DNA of 64,000 nucleotides from an uncultured Lachnospiraceae bacterium (GCA_946620235.1 CAMONC010000001.1:414-64413), one strand, 5' to 3'. Counted from the first letter of the stretch, positions 36,067 through 46,581 are shown. Program-made: numbers and translations. Notes: generated by a model not told the origin, from the letters alone.

Positions 36067-37329
36067 TCACGGCATATGAACCTTGCAGAGCTCCTGCTTA
36101 CAGGTATACAGATACTCAGAAGAGATCCCTTGGTCATTAAGGATCCTGACAAGCGTTTCAACATACACATCGGAAGTCTGGTTAAGCATCATGGTTGCGT
36201 GAAACTTATCCCCGACAGGAACCATAATGAACATGATCGGTGCACTGATCGCGGCACTCTCGAGCATGATGCCGTCCATATAAGCCTCTATGCTTCCCCA
36301 GTTCGTGCGTCCGATGTAACTTACGGCGAACGTCTCCGGAACGATCGACTCAAGCCTCTCATGATATCTGCTTCTGCGTTCATCTATGGTCGGAAGATCA
36401 TCGAGCGAATTCACAAACCCGGCATAACGGCTGAGTCTGTATCTGACACTGTCGGGATCCGACCGGGCGATAACGGTGCCCCTGGTGCATGTCAGCTGTC
36501 TGTCCATGGGCATGGAATCGTATCTGTCATCATATATGATATTGAGCAGAACAGTCTGCGGATGGTAATTATTCTCACCGCAGGCGATCGGTCTGAAGGA
36601 ATAAGGCATGCTGCAGGAGATCGGAGTCCCCCTGCTGTCAGGGAAGAGTTCCCTGATCATCTCCTTGGAGAAATACGCAAGAACCGATGCCGGACTCCCG
36701 TCCTGCGAACCGGCCAGCCGCATCAGGTCATCTACGGAAACCGTAAACACATAATCGGAGCGTTCGGTACCCGACGCATATCTCATGTCAGGCACAAATA
36801 CGCATTCGGGATCCTTCGGCAACGGTACGGGGTCAACATCATCCAGCTCCATATGCTCATACGGATCCTCCGCCTCTCCGGGAAGAAAGTCCTCACCGGG
36901 CAGTCTGATCCCGGCAGATGACAGATGTATACCGAGTGCATCGGTCAGATACAGATAGATAACTGTTTGGATCCAGGGCAGAAAACCTTTGGAATCAGTC
37001 AGATTATGTGATATATCAAAGATGATCTTGTTGTTTACATAACTAACCGCAATCAGATGACCGTCCGCTTCATCTCCGCCCAGCAGGATCGGAGCGGTGC
37101 CGGAACGGACCGGTATAGGATCGGGATTATGAATGATCTCATAAGACTCCCCGTGCCGCAGGATACGTATGCAGAAATAGGGATATCTGAGAGCGGCCCG
37201 CTGTACGGCATTGTTCAACACATCACCGGATATATCACCGCACTTAAGGCTGACGGTATGTCTCATCACATGAGAGAAATCATCAAAATCGAAATAAAAA
37301 AGATCGTTCTCTATTACCCTGTTTCTCAC
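36067..37329 (-). CDS. CoA-dependent acyltransferase (condensation/alcohol-acetyltransferase fold)
   Basis: LNNAVQRAALRYPYF; HxxxD motif SHNLTDSKG; FAVSYIG; 4-nt overlap with the phosphatase gene. Confidence 0.75.
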   Translation of the reverse strand: MRNRVIENDLFYFDFDDFSHVMRHTVSLKCGDISGDVLNNAVQRAALRYPYFCIRILRHGESYEIIHNPDPIPVRSGTAPILLGGDEADGHLIAVSYVNNKIIFDISHNLTDSKGFLPWIQTVIYLYLTDALGIHLSSAGIRLPGEDFLPGEAEDPYEHMELDDVDPVPLPKDPECVFVPDMRYASGTERSDYVFTVSVDDLMRLAGSQDGSPASVLAYFSKEMIRELFPDSRGTPISCSMPYSFRPIACGENNYHPQTVLLNIIYDDRYDSMPMDRQLTCTRGTVIARSDPDSVRYRLSRYAGFVNSLDDLPTIDERRSRYHERLESIVPETFAVSYIGRTNWGSIEAYMDGIMLESAAISAPIMFIMVPVGDKFHATMMLNQTSDVYVETLVRILNDQGISSEYLYTCKQELCKVHMP

Positions 37330-39158
37330 TGGTCACCCCTGTATTCAAAAGACAGCATGGTAATATCGTCAAACTGTTCGGCACCGTTTGTGAATGCCGC
37401 AATATCCTCGCGCAGCGCTTCAAACGTATCCCTGCCCGAGCCTGAAACCGAAGAATCCAGTGACATGAGCATCCTGGAGGTACCGAACAGCTCATCGTCC
37501 GCGCTCGTTGCCTCCGGAACTCCGTCTGTATAGACAAACAGCCTGTCTCCGGGGGACATGGTGATGGTATGTTCCCTGAAACCGGCTTCGGCAGAAAACC
37601 CCAGTACCATATCATGTTCCTCGAGGATCAGCTCATAGCGGCCCGTAGCCGCCCGGTAGATAGCCGGATCCTCATGTCCCGCATTTACATAGCATATCTC
37701 ATGACTCGATATCGTATATATGCCGACCCATACAGTGACAAACATCATATCGGGGTTGTTCTCACACAGCCTCTCATTAACCTTGCTCACTATACTGGCC
37801 GGAGACTCATCATCCTTGGCGGCACTCTTGATCAGGGTCTTGCATACCGCCATGAACAGCGCCGCAGGTACTCCCTTGCCGGAGACATCCGCGATAGATA
37901 TTCCTATATGATCGTCATCTATAACGAAATAATCATAGAAATCACCGCCGACTTCCATAGCCGGCTTCATATCCGCCAGGATCACAAAATCCGGTTCGCC
38001 CGTATATCCTATCAGTGACCTCGGAAGCATATTGGCCTGTATCTGACGGGCTACACCGAGCTCGGCTCCGATGCGTTCCTTTTCGGACGTGATCGAGCGT
38101 ATCTCCTCCATATACCTGTCAATCTCCTCGATCATCTGCGAGAAGCTGTCTGCCAGAGCCTCTATCTCATTCGCGGACTTTATCTCTCCGAGTCTGCTAA
38201 CTGTCTGAGCCGCGTCCTTGGTATCCATGTATGACCGGATGGTAGTTTCCTCGTCCATGATGGGGCCGGCTACTTTTCTCTTCAGCAGCCTTATGACCAG
38301 GTACTGCATCAGAAGAAACGCAAGCACGACGACCACAGCCAGTATATTGGCTGATATAAATCCGGCCTGGAGCAGCATCCTGTCAGTCATGGCAGCTCCG
38401 CATACCGCTATGAGACTTCCGTCATCGTCCAATACGGGTACCCAGGCACCGGTGGTTTGCAGGTCGGAATCATCATCATTGTACAGGCCTGACGGCCCGG
38501 TAGCTGACGCTTCGGATGCATCCGCATAATCACTGATCAGGCGTTCGAGCTGAGGATAATCATTCATGTCGACATGATCGACTACTCCGAGTTCATAGAC
38601 GTCTCCGCCCTCGGAGATCCTCTTTTCGCCGCTCTTTGTACCCGTCACCATGTAGTACATGGAATCCCGGTCCATCACGAAGCAGAACAGCCATAACGGA
38701 TCAAAGGAATCCTTGATCTCCGAGAAAGCCAGGGAAAGCCGTCCCAGACAAAGCTCCGCATATAGCCGGCGTTCTTCTTCATTCAGGCTTAAGAACTCCT
38801 CATCGGTCACATCGCGCAATATGATAAACTCGGGATGAAGAGCCTTAAACTCCCTCTCCATCGAATCCAGTTTCTCATAGTCATACACATGATCAAGGTC
38901 GTCGCGATGCTCAAGCCAGTATTCGACAAGAGATGATCTCGCTTTAAACTCCTCCACTCTCAAAGCAGCCATTCTGGCCTGACTGTCGATCTGCCGCACG
39001 GACGCGTTCAATCCCAGCCTGATGATCAGAAATGACCCAAGTCCCATTATCAGGATCAGGATCACGAACATAAAGCTGAAGAGAGGCAGTCTTACCTGGT
39101 TCAGTATGCTCCCGTTTCTTATTCTCCTCCTGTTTATCTCAGTCATTCTCACATTCAC
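37326..39158 (-). CDS. Membrane PP2C-type Ser phosphatase (SpoIIE/RsbU family) with HAMP domain
   Basis: Two TM helices, HAMP, VARQIQANMLP, GGDFYD, IADVSGKGVPAALFM, VNAGH, YTDGVPEA, DDIT. Confidence 0.93.
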   Translation of the reverse strand: MNVRMTEINRRRIRNGSILNQVRLPLFSFMFVILILIMGLGSFLIIRLGLNASVRQIDSQARMAALRVEEFKARSSLVEYWLEHRDDLDHVYDYEKLDSMEREFKALHPEFIILRDVTDEEFLSLNEEERRLYAELCLGRLSLAFSEIKDSFDPLWLFCFVMDRDSMYYMVTGTKSGEKRISEGGDVYELGVVDHVDMNDYPQLERLISDYADASEASATGPSGLYNDDDSDLQTTGAWVPVLDDDGSLIAVCGAAMTDRMLLQAGFISANILAVVVVLAFLLMQYLVIRLLKRKVAGPIMDEETTIRSYMDTKDAAQTVSRLGEIKSANEIEALADSFSQMIEEIDRYMEEIRSITSEKERIGAELGVARQIQANMLPRSLIGYTGEPDFVILADMKPAMEVGGDFYDYFVIDDDHIGISIADVSGKGVPAALFMAVCKTLIKSAAKDDESPASIVSKVNERLCENNPDMMFVTVWVGIYTISSHEICYVNAGHEDPAIYRAATGRYELILEEHDMVLGFSAEAGFREHTITMSPGDRLFVYTDGVPEATSADDELFGTSRMLMSLDSSVSGSGRDTFEALREDIAAFTNGAEQFDDITMLSFEYRGDQ

Positions 39159-39170
39159 ACAATACTATAG

Positions 39171-42100
39171 TCATTCGGTTTTAAATGCATCATTATATGC
39201 TTTCGTAGAAGCAGTCATTTCATCGGGTGCATCTCCGACATTGTTCTTGTCCTTCTCATCCAGGTTCATATTTTTATCAGCTGAATACCCCGCACCTTCC
39301 ACGCTTCTGGCTGACACGATGACATCTCTGGCCACACTGTCATCCGCACCCATGAATTTGAGGAGGTGTAACAATGCCTCCACTGTCAGCTGCTTACCTG
39401 ACAGGAAACCGGCTATGTCATTAAGCATCCTGACTGCCGCAGCCTTTTGCGCAGCAAGCTTCTTCCCTTCTTTAGTCTTGGCAGTCTTTTTATCTATCTG
39501 AAGACTTGCCAGATCCTGCAGCGCGGAATATTTCTCATCAAAAGTATTGATCATCCTTGCCACCATTTCCGCATCCATATGTGACAGGTCAACGATCCGG
39601 CCTTCCACTGCATCTCCGACAGTACTCCTGTGGGTATGGAATGCGGTCTGCTCCTCGGTTGACTGTGCGCCGCCGATCTCAATGAGCGCACTTCCGCCGG
39701 TAGTCTCGTTACCCACGGTGATCTTCTGTGACAGCTGCCCGTATGCCCCGCTGTCATCTATCGCGGTGCCGCCGGTCTGCTTGCCCAGTCCGCCAAGTGC
39801 CAGATTGAAGCCGTTCTTTTTCTGATAACCTTTTGCCCTGGATCTGAGTGCTGACGAAATCGCACTCTGGGCAGCCTTGGTACCGGCAGGCAGCGAGATC
39901 TTGATCTGTCCGCCATGAGCAAATGCCTCCGATATGTTTTCATCGAAATGCCCGGCCTTGGTCTTCTTATCCTCACCGGTATCATGTCTGTCAAAACGCC
40001 CGAGTTGCATGATGAACATCATCTTGGCAAGCTGTCGCTGCTCCACCTTATGGCTTCCAAGCATTTTATCCGCTTTCTTCTCTGCCTCCTCCGGTGCCAT
40101 GCTTTTGCGAAGCTGCCGTTCCAGACTTTTTTTCTGATCGTCATAATCTGCGGACAGGGTCTGAACAATGAGCTGACGGTTCATGTATGCATCATATTCC
40201 CTGGCTGTCTTCCAGGCATCTCTTCCCTTGCCGTCTTTGGCCTTCCTTCGGATCATCATATTGATGGCTTCACGGAATGCCGGATCATGTGCCTTGACTG
40301 ACAGCTCGTCCTTCTTTTCCTTACTGAGCTTCTCAAGCGGCGGTAATTCTCCCTTGCCGCCGTTGTAGGTCTTGTCTTCGCTTAGGAATTTATCCAGTGC
40401 CTTGCGTGCGAAGTATTCCTTCATAACGGAGGGCAGATGCTTGAATTTGCTTGCATCCCCCTTCTTCGCCAGTTTTACGGCCGAATTGATATCCTCGAGA
40501 CGGCTTCCGGTCTTCTCCGAAAGTTTATGACCGAATACCGTGGTTTTCTTTAAATGCGCCTCGATCTGGGCCATGTCATCGCCGGTAAGGATCCAGGCAA
40601 ACGGCTGTTCAGCCTTCTCCTGATCCACGTAAGCAGCCTGGAATATATCCATCGGCAACGGGGTGGCTTTCTTATCGGCTGCTTTCATCTTTTTGGCCCT
40701 TATCTGCTCCTGGAAGGACAGAAGCTTCTTATTGAGCACCGGCATAGTCTGCTGAGTGGCCTGAGTCTTGAATATCGCTTTGAGCTGATCGGTATTCTGC
40801 TCCAATATCTCCTTTTCGAAAGCTTCTGACGACTGGATGATCTCAAAATCTTCCGCCTTGAGCTCCAGTTTGGGCTTCTTCTGCTCCTGTTTGGGCTTCT
40901 GCTGCTCAGGCTTCTTCTGCTCGGGCTTCTGCTGCTCAGGCTTCTTCTGCTCCTGTTCGGGCTTCTGCTGCTCGGGCTTCTTCTGCTTCAATATCTCCTT
41001 TTCGGAAGTTTTTGACGACTCGATGATCACAAAATCTTCCACCTCGAGCCCCTGTTTGGGCTTCTGCTGTCCCTGCTTGGGCTTCTTTGCCTGCTTGCCT
41101 TTATTCTTCTCTTTTTTCAGATCCTGTTGCCAAATTTGGGCCTGTTCTTCCCGTTTGTTCTTTGCTATCTGTGCGTACTCATTCTGCTGTGCCTCGATAG
41201 CCTGCTTCTCTTCCTCGGTCACTTCAGGCAGTCCAAGCTTCTTTCTGGTCTCTTCGATCTGCGCCTTGACCTCCTGAACATTCTTCGTATGATCGAGATT
41301 CTTGGGCACGTATACTTCATCATCAAGGTATTTTTCCAGCACATTGTCCGGTTCTCCCTTGTGCATGGCAAAAGTAACGCCCAGATTATGGATCATGTTA
41401 GTCGGTGAGGTTGCCTCTTTCTTCTCATATGCGTCCGTATATACAAGCTTGCCTTCTTCGTTATAGGTGACACCTGCCTCCTGCTTAAGCTTATCCTTTG
41501 TATCCTTATCAAGCTTCTGCAGGAATGCAAGTTCAAGCGATACACCCTTGTTTTTCCTGATACCGGCCTTCAGTATAGTGGAGAATTCTTCAGGTGATAG
41601 ATCCAGTTCCACCGTTGTTCCGTTATCCATTCCCGAATCACGGCACCTGAGCTTGCCATCCTTGAATCCGATGATAGTGCGATAATGCGGCGGGATGAGC
41701 ATGGACATGGGGCCGCTTCCGCCCTGCATCAGTCCGCTCACTTTATTAAATATAAGATATGACAGTTTGACCCACTGAGCATCGGTGAATTTTTTGTAAT
41801 CAAAGTGGCCGTCATTTTCGGGTATATTGAACCGCAAATGCCTGACAGCCGTATCTGACATCTGTGCGAGCATCGTATCCGCGGATGTCATTACATTCCC
41901 CATCGCTCCGGCAGGCTTGACGTAACTCTTGATATCATTCAGTTCGCTCTCCATTCCGGCGTCTCCGCTCTGATCAAGCTTCTCTCTACGCAGATAATCC
42001 TCCGAGTACGGATTGACGACGATATTGGAGGGATTTAAGAATGTCATCTGATCTATTTGCGGCATATTCTCCGGTTTGAGCACATTCTTCAGATACCAGT

Positions 42101-45100
42101 TGCACATGAGCGCCCCGCTGGTAGCCCAGCAGCTCAAACCGTACCACTGCTTGACATTGGGGATGGTCTGAGCCTCGTCGGCCAACCCGGCATCGGGGAC
42201 TTTGGTTTTGGTCTTGACATTGTCCAGATGCTTTTTCAGCGCTTTCACCTTGGGCTGTACGATGGTATTATCGACCGCTGACTCCCATGCATTCAGGAAA
42301 GCAACTATCTTTCTGTAAGTATTGGCCGAGATCTTTTTGCCCTTCAGCATGTCATAACCTACTTTTCTCGACCACAGACTGCGATACTCTCTACATGCAT
42401 CCGCCGAGGAGATATCCTTTGGCATATGCTCAATGAACCATGCAACATGGGCCTGGTCCTCTTTGGGGATCGAGGTGTCTTTGACTATGACATATTTCCC
42501 GTTTATTCTCTCTTTGGCCACAATATTGGTGTATTTTTCCTTATATGCCATCCTGATACTCTTCTGGAGTTTAGCATGGTCGGCTCCGGAAGATACTTTG
42601 GCCTTGGCATATCCGGCCACAGCCTCATTGGAATCGAGGGCAAAAGCTCCGGATATGAGCGATGCCACACTTCCGGCCTTATATGCGGGTGCCGGCTCTT
42701 TCTTATCGGCAAACAAAGCGTCATCTTCCTCTGTATAGTTCGCCTGATCCACCAGATCATCCTGATCGAATGTCACGCGCAGCTCATTTATGATCTCATC
42801 AACGTTGTTTTGGTCTATCTTAACCTTCTTCCCGTCGGTATGTCGGACAAGTTCCCTGCCCACCAGCCATGCTTTAGCTTCCTTGTGGACCTCATCCCAG
42901 GTGACCTTATTTATCTTATTATCAACGCACAGCTGCATGCGCAGGAAATCAACGAACTCTCTCGTAGTCCTGAGTGAGCCCTCGTTTACGATAGCCATCG
43001 CATCGGCCGATACCACGCGCTTCTCATACTTCGGAGGCTCATTGAGGTGCTCTTCATCATGTTGTTCTTCATGTTGCTCTTCATGATGCTCCTCCTCTTT
43101 ATGTTGCTCTTCATGATGCTCCTCCTCTTTATGTTCCTTTTCCTTATTTTCTTCCTCTTTGTGTTCTTCCTCTTTGTGTTCTTCCTCTTTATGCTCTTCC
43201 TCTTTATGCTGATCTCCGTTTTTCAGGATCTGCCCCTTTTCCGCATTTTTTTCCGCAGGCTTTTCCGCATTTTTTTCCGCAGGCTTTTCGTCGTAACGTG
43301 CGTCACTGAGCTTCGACAGGTCGGCTTCAGCCAGCATGCGGGCTACATTATTCTCATACTCTTTGTTCTCATCTTCCAGCTGATCCGTCAGATCAGCCTT
43401 GATGGCCGCCGTTCCCCTTTCCTTCTCATATTTGGCTATATCATCCTGATAACCGTCCAGCAGGAGCTGATAACTCCTCATATTCTGCCTGAAATCGCCT
43501 TCCTTCATTCCCCGTTCGGACGGCTGTAATACAATGTCGTCCGGCAGTTTGCCGTTAGACATTATATTCACCAGGTTTTGCATCCTGTAGAGTTCGGCAT
43601 AGAAGCAGATATAGTGACACTTGGTCAGAGTGTTATTATAGGCAGCCAGAGCCTGATTCCTGACCTTCTCATCCTGGATCGTGTTGATCATGGCTACGGG
43701 GATGCTCTTTCCGTCAGAGGTCTGGTGATCAAGGAGTTTCTTGGCACTATAGAACTCCTGTCTGAACGTGATGACACGGTCGATCACACTGTTCCTGTTG
43801 CCGGTGATGTTTTCGCGGATCTCGATCATCAGTCTGGTTGATTCATTCTCAAAATCCGCAAGATAATCCCTGACCCGCTCTGCAGCATCACGATCGTTCT
43901 CGGCCAGGAGTTTTTCAGACTCTTTGGTGTCCGCTATGGCGTTCATACGCTTCACCGTATCAACATTGTATCTGACAGCTTTCTTTTCATTCAGAACTAC
44001 CCAGTCATCTTCCTCTGTGCTTTCCAGTTCGGACATGATGGCACTTCCGTACTGATCAAGCTTACGGCCGTTCACGACATGGTCATAGGCGTTTAAGTAT
44101 CCCTTGGCGCGCTCCATCAGTATAAAAAGATCATATTCAGCCCGTTTTGATTCGGCCTTGATACGCTTCGTCAGTTCCTTCGACATCTTGACCTGATCAA
44201 GTCCGAGAACCTCCGTGCCGTTATCCACACGGAATTTCAGCTCATCTATTGACTCGCTTATTCTCCGGATCTTGTCTTCAAACTGTTCGGCCAGACCGGT
44301 ATTGTATCTGATCTTTTTCTTCTCCTCTGAATCTTTTTTGATCTTCTCCGCAGCCACCAGAATGCCGTATGTATCTCCCGCAGGTGCGGGTTGATCATTC
44401 TGCAGGTGCCTGTCATTTACTGTTTTGTATGCACTGCGTATACGTTCCGACCAATGCTCGTCATTTAACTTCTTCAGCCCGGCTTTGGTCTTGTCGTCCT
44501 GTGCAGCCAGCCTGGCTTTAAGCTGCGTGTACGCCTCCACTGACGCGTTACCGTCGGAAACAATGAGTGTTTTATCATTTGAACTGCCGAGCATACCTCT
44601 TCTGTATGAGATGCCGGCGTCACGCAGACAGCGTGTCATATCGGAGTTGATGGCGATCTCCATCTGCCTGATATGATCAAAATTGATTTTTTCATCATGC
44701 TCATGATGATCTTCGGGATCACCTTTTTTGCCTTTCTTATCACGCGCCTTGTCCTCCCTGGGATACAGTTTGGTCATAAGCGCTCCCAGCGGATCTGCCT
44801 CGGCATCGATCTTCTCGCTCGACACCTTTCTGTGTACACGGAGCTGGTTGATGGCATTATATCTGTTGCGGATCTGCATCAGGCGGTCAAAAGTCTGAGG
44901 AATTGCTTTGCTGCCGAACATCTTATCCGGTATGTTCAAAACGGTATGCAGGGTATCGGTGATGGCTGCCTCCATGGTGCCCACAGGATCCTCTGCCACC
45001 CGGCGCAGATATGCCTTGTAGCTTTCCACGGACTCGGCGGTAAACCTGATCTCATCCCCGATCTGCTCATCGTTGTTCTGCTCGGTCTCAATGGCGGGGC

Positions 45101-45683
45101 CCAGATTCATTATTACGGTTCTGTAGTTGTCCAGAACCGATGCGCCGGATTTATTCTTATCCTTCAGCTCCTCCAACGCTTCCTCGGTAAGGATCTCATT
45201 TGCAAGCTCATATTTCTTGTTCTCTATGGCCTCAAACCGTCTGGTGCTCAGCATGAAATCAGCCGTATGCTCATTGATCGCTTCGGCCGACACGCTGAAT
45301 CCATGCCCCTCGTATTTATCTTCTTCCTCTTCGCGGTAGACTTTCATCGATGCATTCCACTGATCCAGCATATCGGATGCTTTTCTCTTACTCCGCTTTT
45401 TGTCAAAATAACCGTACTTACGCTCCTGAAGCACGAAATCCTCATTGTCATATCGGGGAGCGGCTATCTCAACGCCATCCAGAGCCTTATTCTTATGCGC
45501 CTTCTTATATGTCTTGCGGAACTGTTCCTGCTCGGCAACTTCCGAAGACACAAACTGCGCATCATAATGCATCTTGTCAAGTTCCATCACCTTATTGGGA
45601 ACGTGCTTATCCCCGATGATCTTTGTGACGGTCCGGTTTAAGCCTGTTTCCTGTTTTTTGATCTTTTCTGCGTAATCACCCAT
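39171..45683 (-). CDS. Giant multidomain candidate effector (2170 aa): papain-like Cys protease plus Ntox11-like C-terminus
   Basis: No signal peptide; KQWYGLSCW (C1185), PHYRTIIG (H1333), RDS (D1349); C-terminal AHGGQIKISLP...GFNLALGGLG...DSGAYGQL; low-complexity linkers. Confidence 0.7.
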   Translation of the reverse strand: MGDYAEKIKKQETGLNRTVTKIIGDKHVPNKVMELDKMHYDAQFVSSEVAEQEQFRKTYKKAHKNKALDGVEIAAPRYDNEDFVLQERKYGYFDKKRSKRKASDMLDQWNASMKVYREEEEDKYEGHGFSVSAEAINEHTADFMLSTRRFEAIENKKYELANEILTEEALEELKDKNKSGASVLDNYRTVIMNLGPAIETEQNNDEQIGDEIRFTAESVESYKAYLRRVAEDPVGTMEAAITDTLHTVLNIPDKMFGSKAIPQTFDRLMQIRNRYNAINQLRVHRKVSSEKIDAEADPLGALMTKLYPREDKARDKKGKKGDPEDHHEHDEKINFDHIRQMEIAINSDMTRCLRDAGISYRRGMLGSSNDKTLIVSDGNASVEAYTQLKARLAAQDDKTKAGLKKLNDEHWSERIRSAYKTVNDRHLQNDQPAPAGDTYGILVAAEKIKKDSEEKKKIRYNTGLAEQFEDKIRRISESIDELKFRVDNGTEVLGLDQVKMSKELTKRIKAESKRAEYDLFILMERAKGYLNAYDHVVNGRKLDQYGSAIMSELESTEEDDWVVLNEKKAVRYNVDTVKRMNAIADTKESEKLLAENDRDAAERVRDYLADFENESTRLMIEIRENITGNRNSVIDRVITFRQEFYSAKKLLDHQTSDGKSIPVAMINTIQDEKVRNQALAAYNNTLTKCHYICFYAELYRMQNLVNIMSNGKLPDDIVLQPSERGMKEGDFRQNMRSYQLLLDGYQDDIAKYEKERGTAAIKADLTDQLEDENKEYENNVARMLAEADLSKLSDARYDEKPAEKNAEKPAEKNAEKGQILKNGDQHKEEEHKEEEHKEEEHKEEENKEKEHKEEEHHEEQHKEEEHHEEQHEEQHDEEHLNEPPKYEKRVVSADAMAIVNEGSLRTTREFVDFLRMQLCVDNKINKVTWDEVHKEAKAWLVGRELVRHTDGKKVKIDQNNVDEIINELRVTFDQDDLVDQANYTEEDDALFADKKEPAPAYKAGSVASLISGAFALDSNEAVAGYAKAKVSSGADHAKLQKSIRMAYKEKYTNIVAKERINGKYVIVKDTSIPKEDQAHVAWFIEHMPKDISSADACREYRSLWSRKVGYDMLKGKKISANTYRKIVAFLNAWESAVDNTIVQPKVKALKKHLDNVKTKTKVPDAGLADEAQTIPNVKQWYGLSCWATSGALMCNWYLKNVLKPENMPQIDQMTFLNPSNIVVNPYSEDYLRREKLDQSGDAGMESELNDIKSYVKPAGAMGNVMTSADTMLAQMSDTAVRHLRFNIPENDGHFDYKKFTDAQWVKLSYLIFNKVSGLMQGGSGPMSMLIPPHYRTIIGFKDGKLRCRDSGMDNGTTVELDLSPEEFSTILKAGIRKNKGVSLELAFLQKLDKDTKDKLKQEAGVTYNEEGKLVYTDAYEKKEATSPTNMIHNLGVTFAMHKGEPDNVLEKYLDDEVYVPKNLDHTKNVQEVKAQIEETRKKLGLPEVTEEEKQAIEAQQNEYAQIAKNKREEQAQIWQQDLKKEKNKGKQAKKPKQGQQKPKQGLEVEDFVIIESSKTSEKEILKQKKPEQQKPEQEQKKPEQQKPEQKKPEQQKPKQEQKKPKLELKAEDFEIIQSSEAFEKEILEQNTDQLKAIFKTQATQQTMPVLNKKLLSFQEQIRAKKMKAADKKATPLPMDIFQAAYVDQEKAEQPFAWILTGDDMAQIEAHLKKTTVFGHKLSEKTGSRLEDINSAVKLAKKGDASKFKHLPSVMKEYFARKALDKFLSEDKTYNGGKGELPPLEKLSKEKKDELSVKAHDPAFREAINMMIRRKAKDGKGRDAWKTAREYDAYMNRQLIVQTLSADYDDQKKSLERQLRKSMAPEEAEKKADKMLGSHKVEQRQLAKMMFIMQLGRFDRHDTGEDKKTKAGHFDENISEAFAHGGQIKISLPAGTKAAQSAISSALRSRAKGYQKKNGFNLALGGLGKQTGGTAIDDSGAYGQLSQKITVGNETTGGSALIEIGGAQSTEEQTAFHTHRSTVGDAVEGRIVDLSHMDAEMVARMINTFDEKYSALQDLASLQIDKKTAKTKEGKKLAAQKAAAVRMLNDIAGFLSGKQLTVEALLHLLKFMGADDSVARDVIVSARSVEGAGYSADKNMNLDEKDKNNVGDAPDEMTASTKAYNDAFKTE
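40865..40990 (-). repeat. Coding low-complexity repeat (QKKPEQ/QKPEQ)n
   Basis: Repeated ggcttct(tc)tgctc units; protein QKKPEQQKPEQEQKKPEQQKPEQKKPEQQKPKQEQKKP. Confidence 0.9.
43040..43290 (-). repeat. Coding repeats: (HKEEE/HHEEQ)n His-Glu tract and a 24-bp duplication (EKPAEKNA x2)
   Basis: 15-bp units of the tcttcctctttgtgt type; tttccgcatttttttccgcaggct occurs twice in tandem. Confidence 0.9.
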
Positions 45684-46581
45684 CGTATCTCTCCAATATA
45701 TCCAATGAGAGGCTTGCGGTCATTTCATGCAATCCCCTGATGTTAAGTGTCCCCTCCAGCAGTCTGGTGATCTGCCCTTCGGGGAAGTATCCGGTTATCA
45801 GATCGTTGTCCTCATAGTTGCTCAGAATATCTCTGCACAGAGCACTTATCAGGTACAGCGGAGCCTTGAGCTGTGATGATCCGACGTAAACCAGCGCTAT
45901 ATCCGCCGACGCCCCGTCCGGAAATACCCTGCCGAGAGCCAGGGACTTGTCTCTGAGACGGTAATCATTCATGTCCTGGACCAGCATCAGCCCGGCAGCT
46001 TTATCGTGCTCCATGTATACCAGGCTGTGCTCCTCCATACTTGCGAGAACATCATGATCGCTTATGATATGACTTATGTCATATCCTTGCCTTTCAACAT
46101 TCTTATACAGTTGTTTCCTGGCCGGATCCGGAAGCACTCTTAACTTGATCGTATCTCTGGGCATGTATGACACCGCCGTACATTTACGTATATCCTGCAC
46201 ACGGAATCTGAAAAAGGCGCTCTTTGCTGCATGCTCCTCAAAAGAGAATCTGGAGCATATACGCGCTACCGCCGGGTACTCGGACGGCAGATAATCAAAT
46301 GTGATCACGGAGAAGCCCTCATCCCTCAGCATAAAAGCAAGGTCAGCCAGAGCTTTGTCCATATATCCGTATCCGCGTCTGTCGGGAATAAGATACATAT
46401 ATCTGAGCTCGGCCATATCGGCCCTCTCACGTATCACGACCGTCCCGGCCGCTTCACCGTCAACCGATATCCCGTAAAAGCGCATATCCCCCTCTTTAAG
46501 AGCCTGTGTCTTAAGTATCCCGGGAATAAGCGGGATAAACACATCTATATTGTCAGTTGAGATCTGACTTATATAAACCAT
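45676..46581 (-). CDS. Tandem GNAT-family N-acetyltransferase
   Basis: AELRYMYLIPDRRGYGYMDKAL acetyl-CoA-binding motif A; second GNAT-like half; 8-nt overlap with the 2170-aa gene. Confidence 0.8.
   Translation of the reverse strand: MVYISQISTDNIDVFIPLIPGILKTQALKEGDMRFYGISVDGEAAGTVVIRERADMAELRYMYLIPDRRGYGYMDKALADLAFMLRDEGFSVITFDYLPSEYPAVARICSRFSFEEHAAKSAFFRFRVQDIRKCTAVSYMPRDTIKLRVLPDPARKQLYKNVERQGYDISHIISDHDVLASMEEHSLVYMEHDKAAGLMLVQDMNDYRLRDKSLALGRVFPDGASADIALVYVGSSQLKAPLYLISALCRDILSNYEDNDLITGYFPEGQITRLLEGTLNIRGLHEMTASLSLDILERYDG

Noticed and set aside
35934-36170. 78-aa minus-strand ORF
   Set aside because: Overlaps the acyltransferase 3' end and spans the promoter and operator; no RBS or motif
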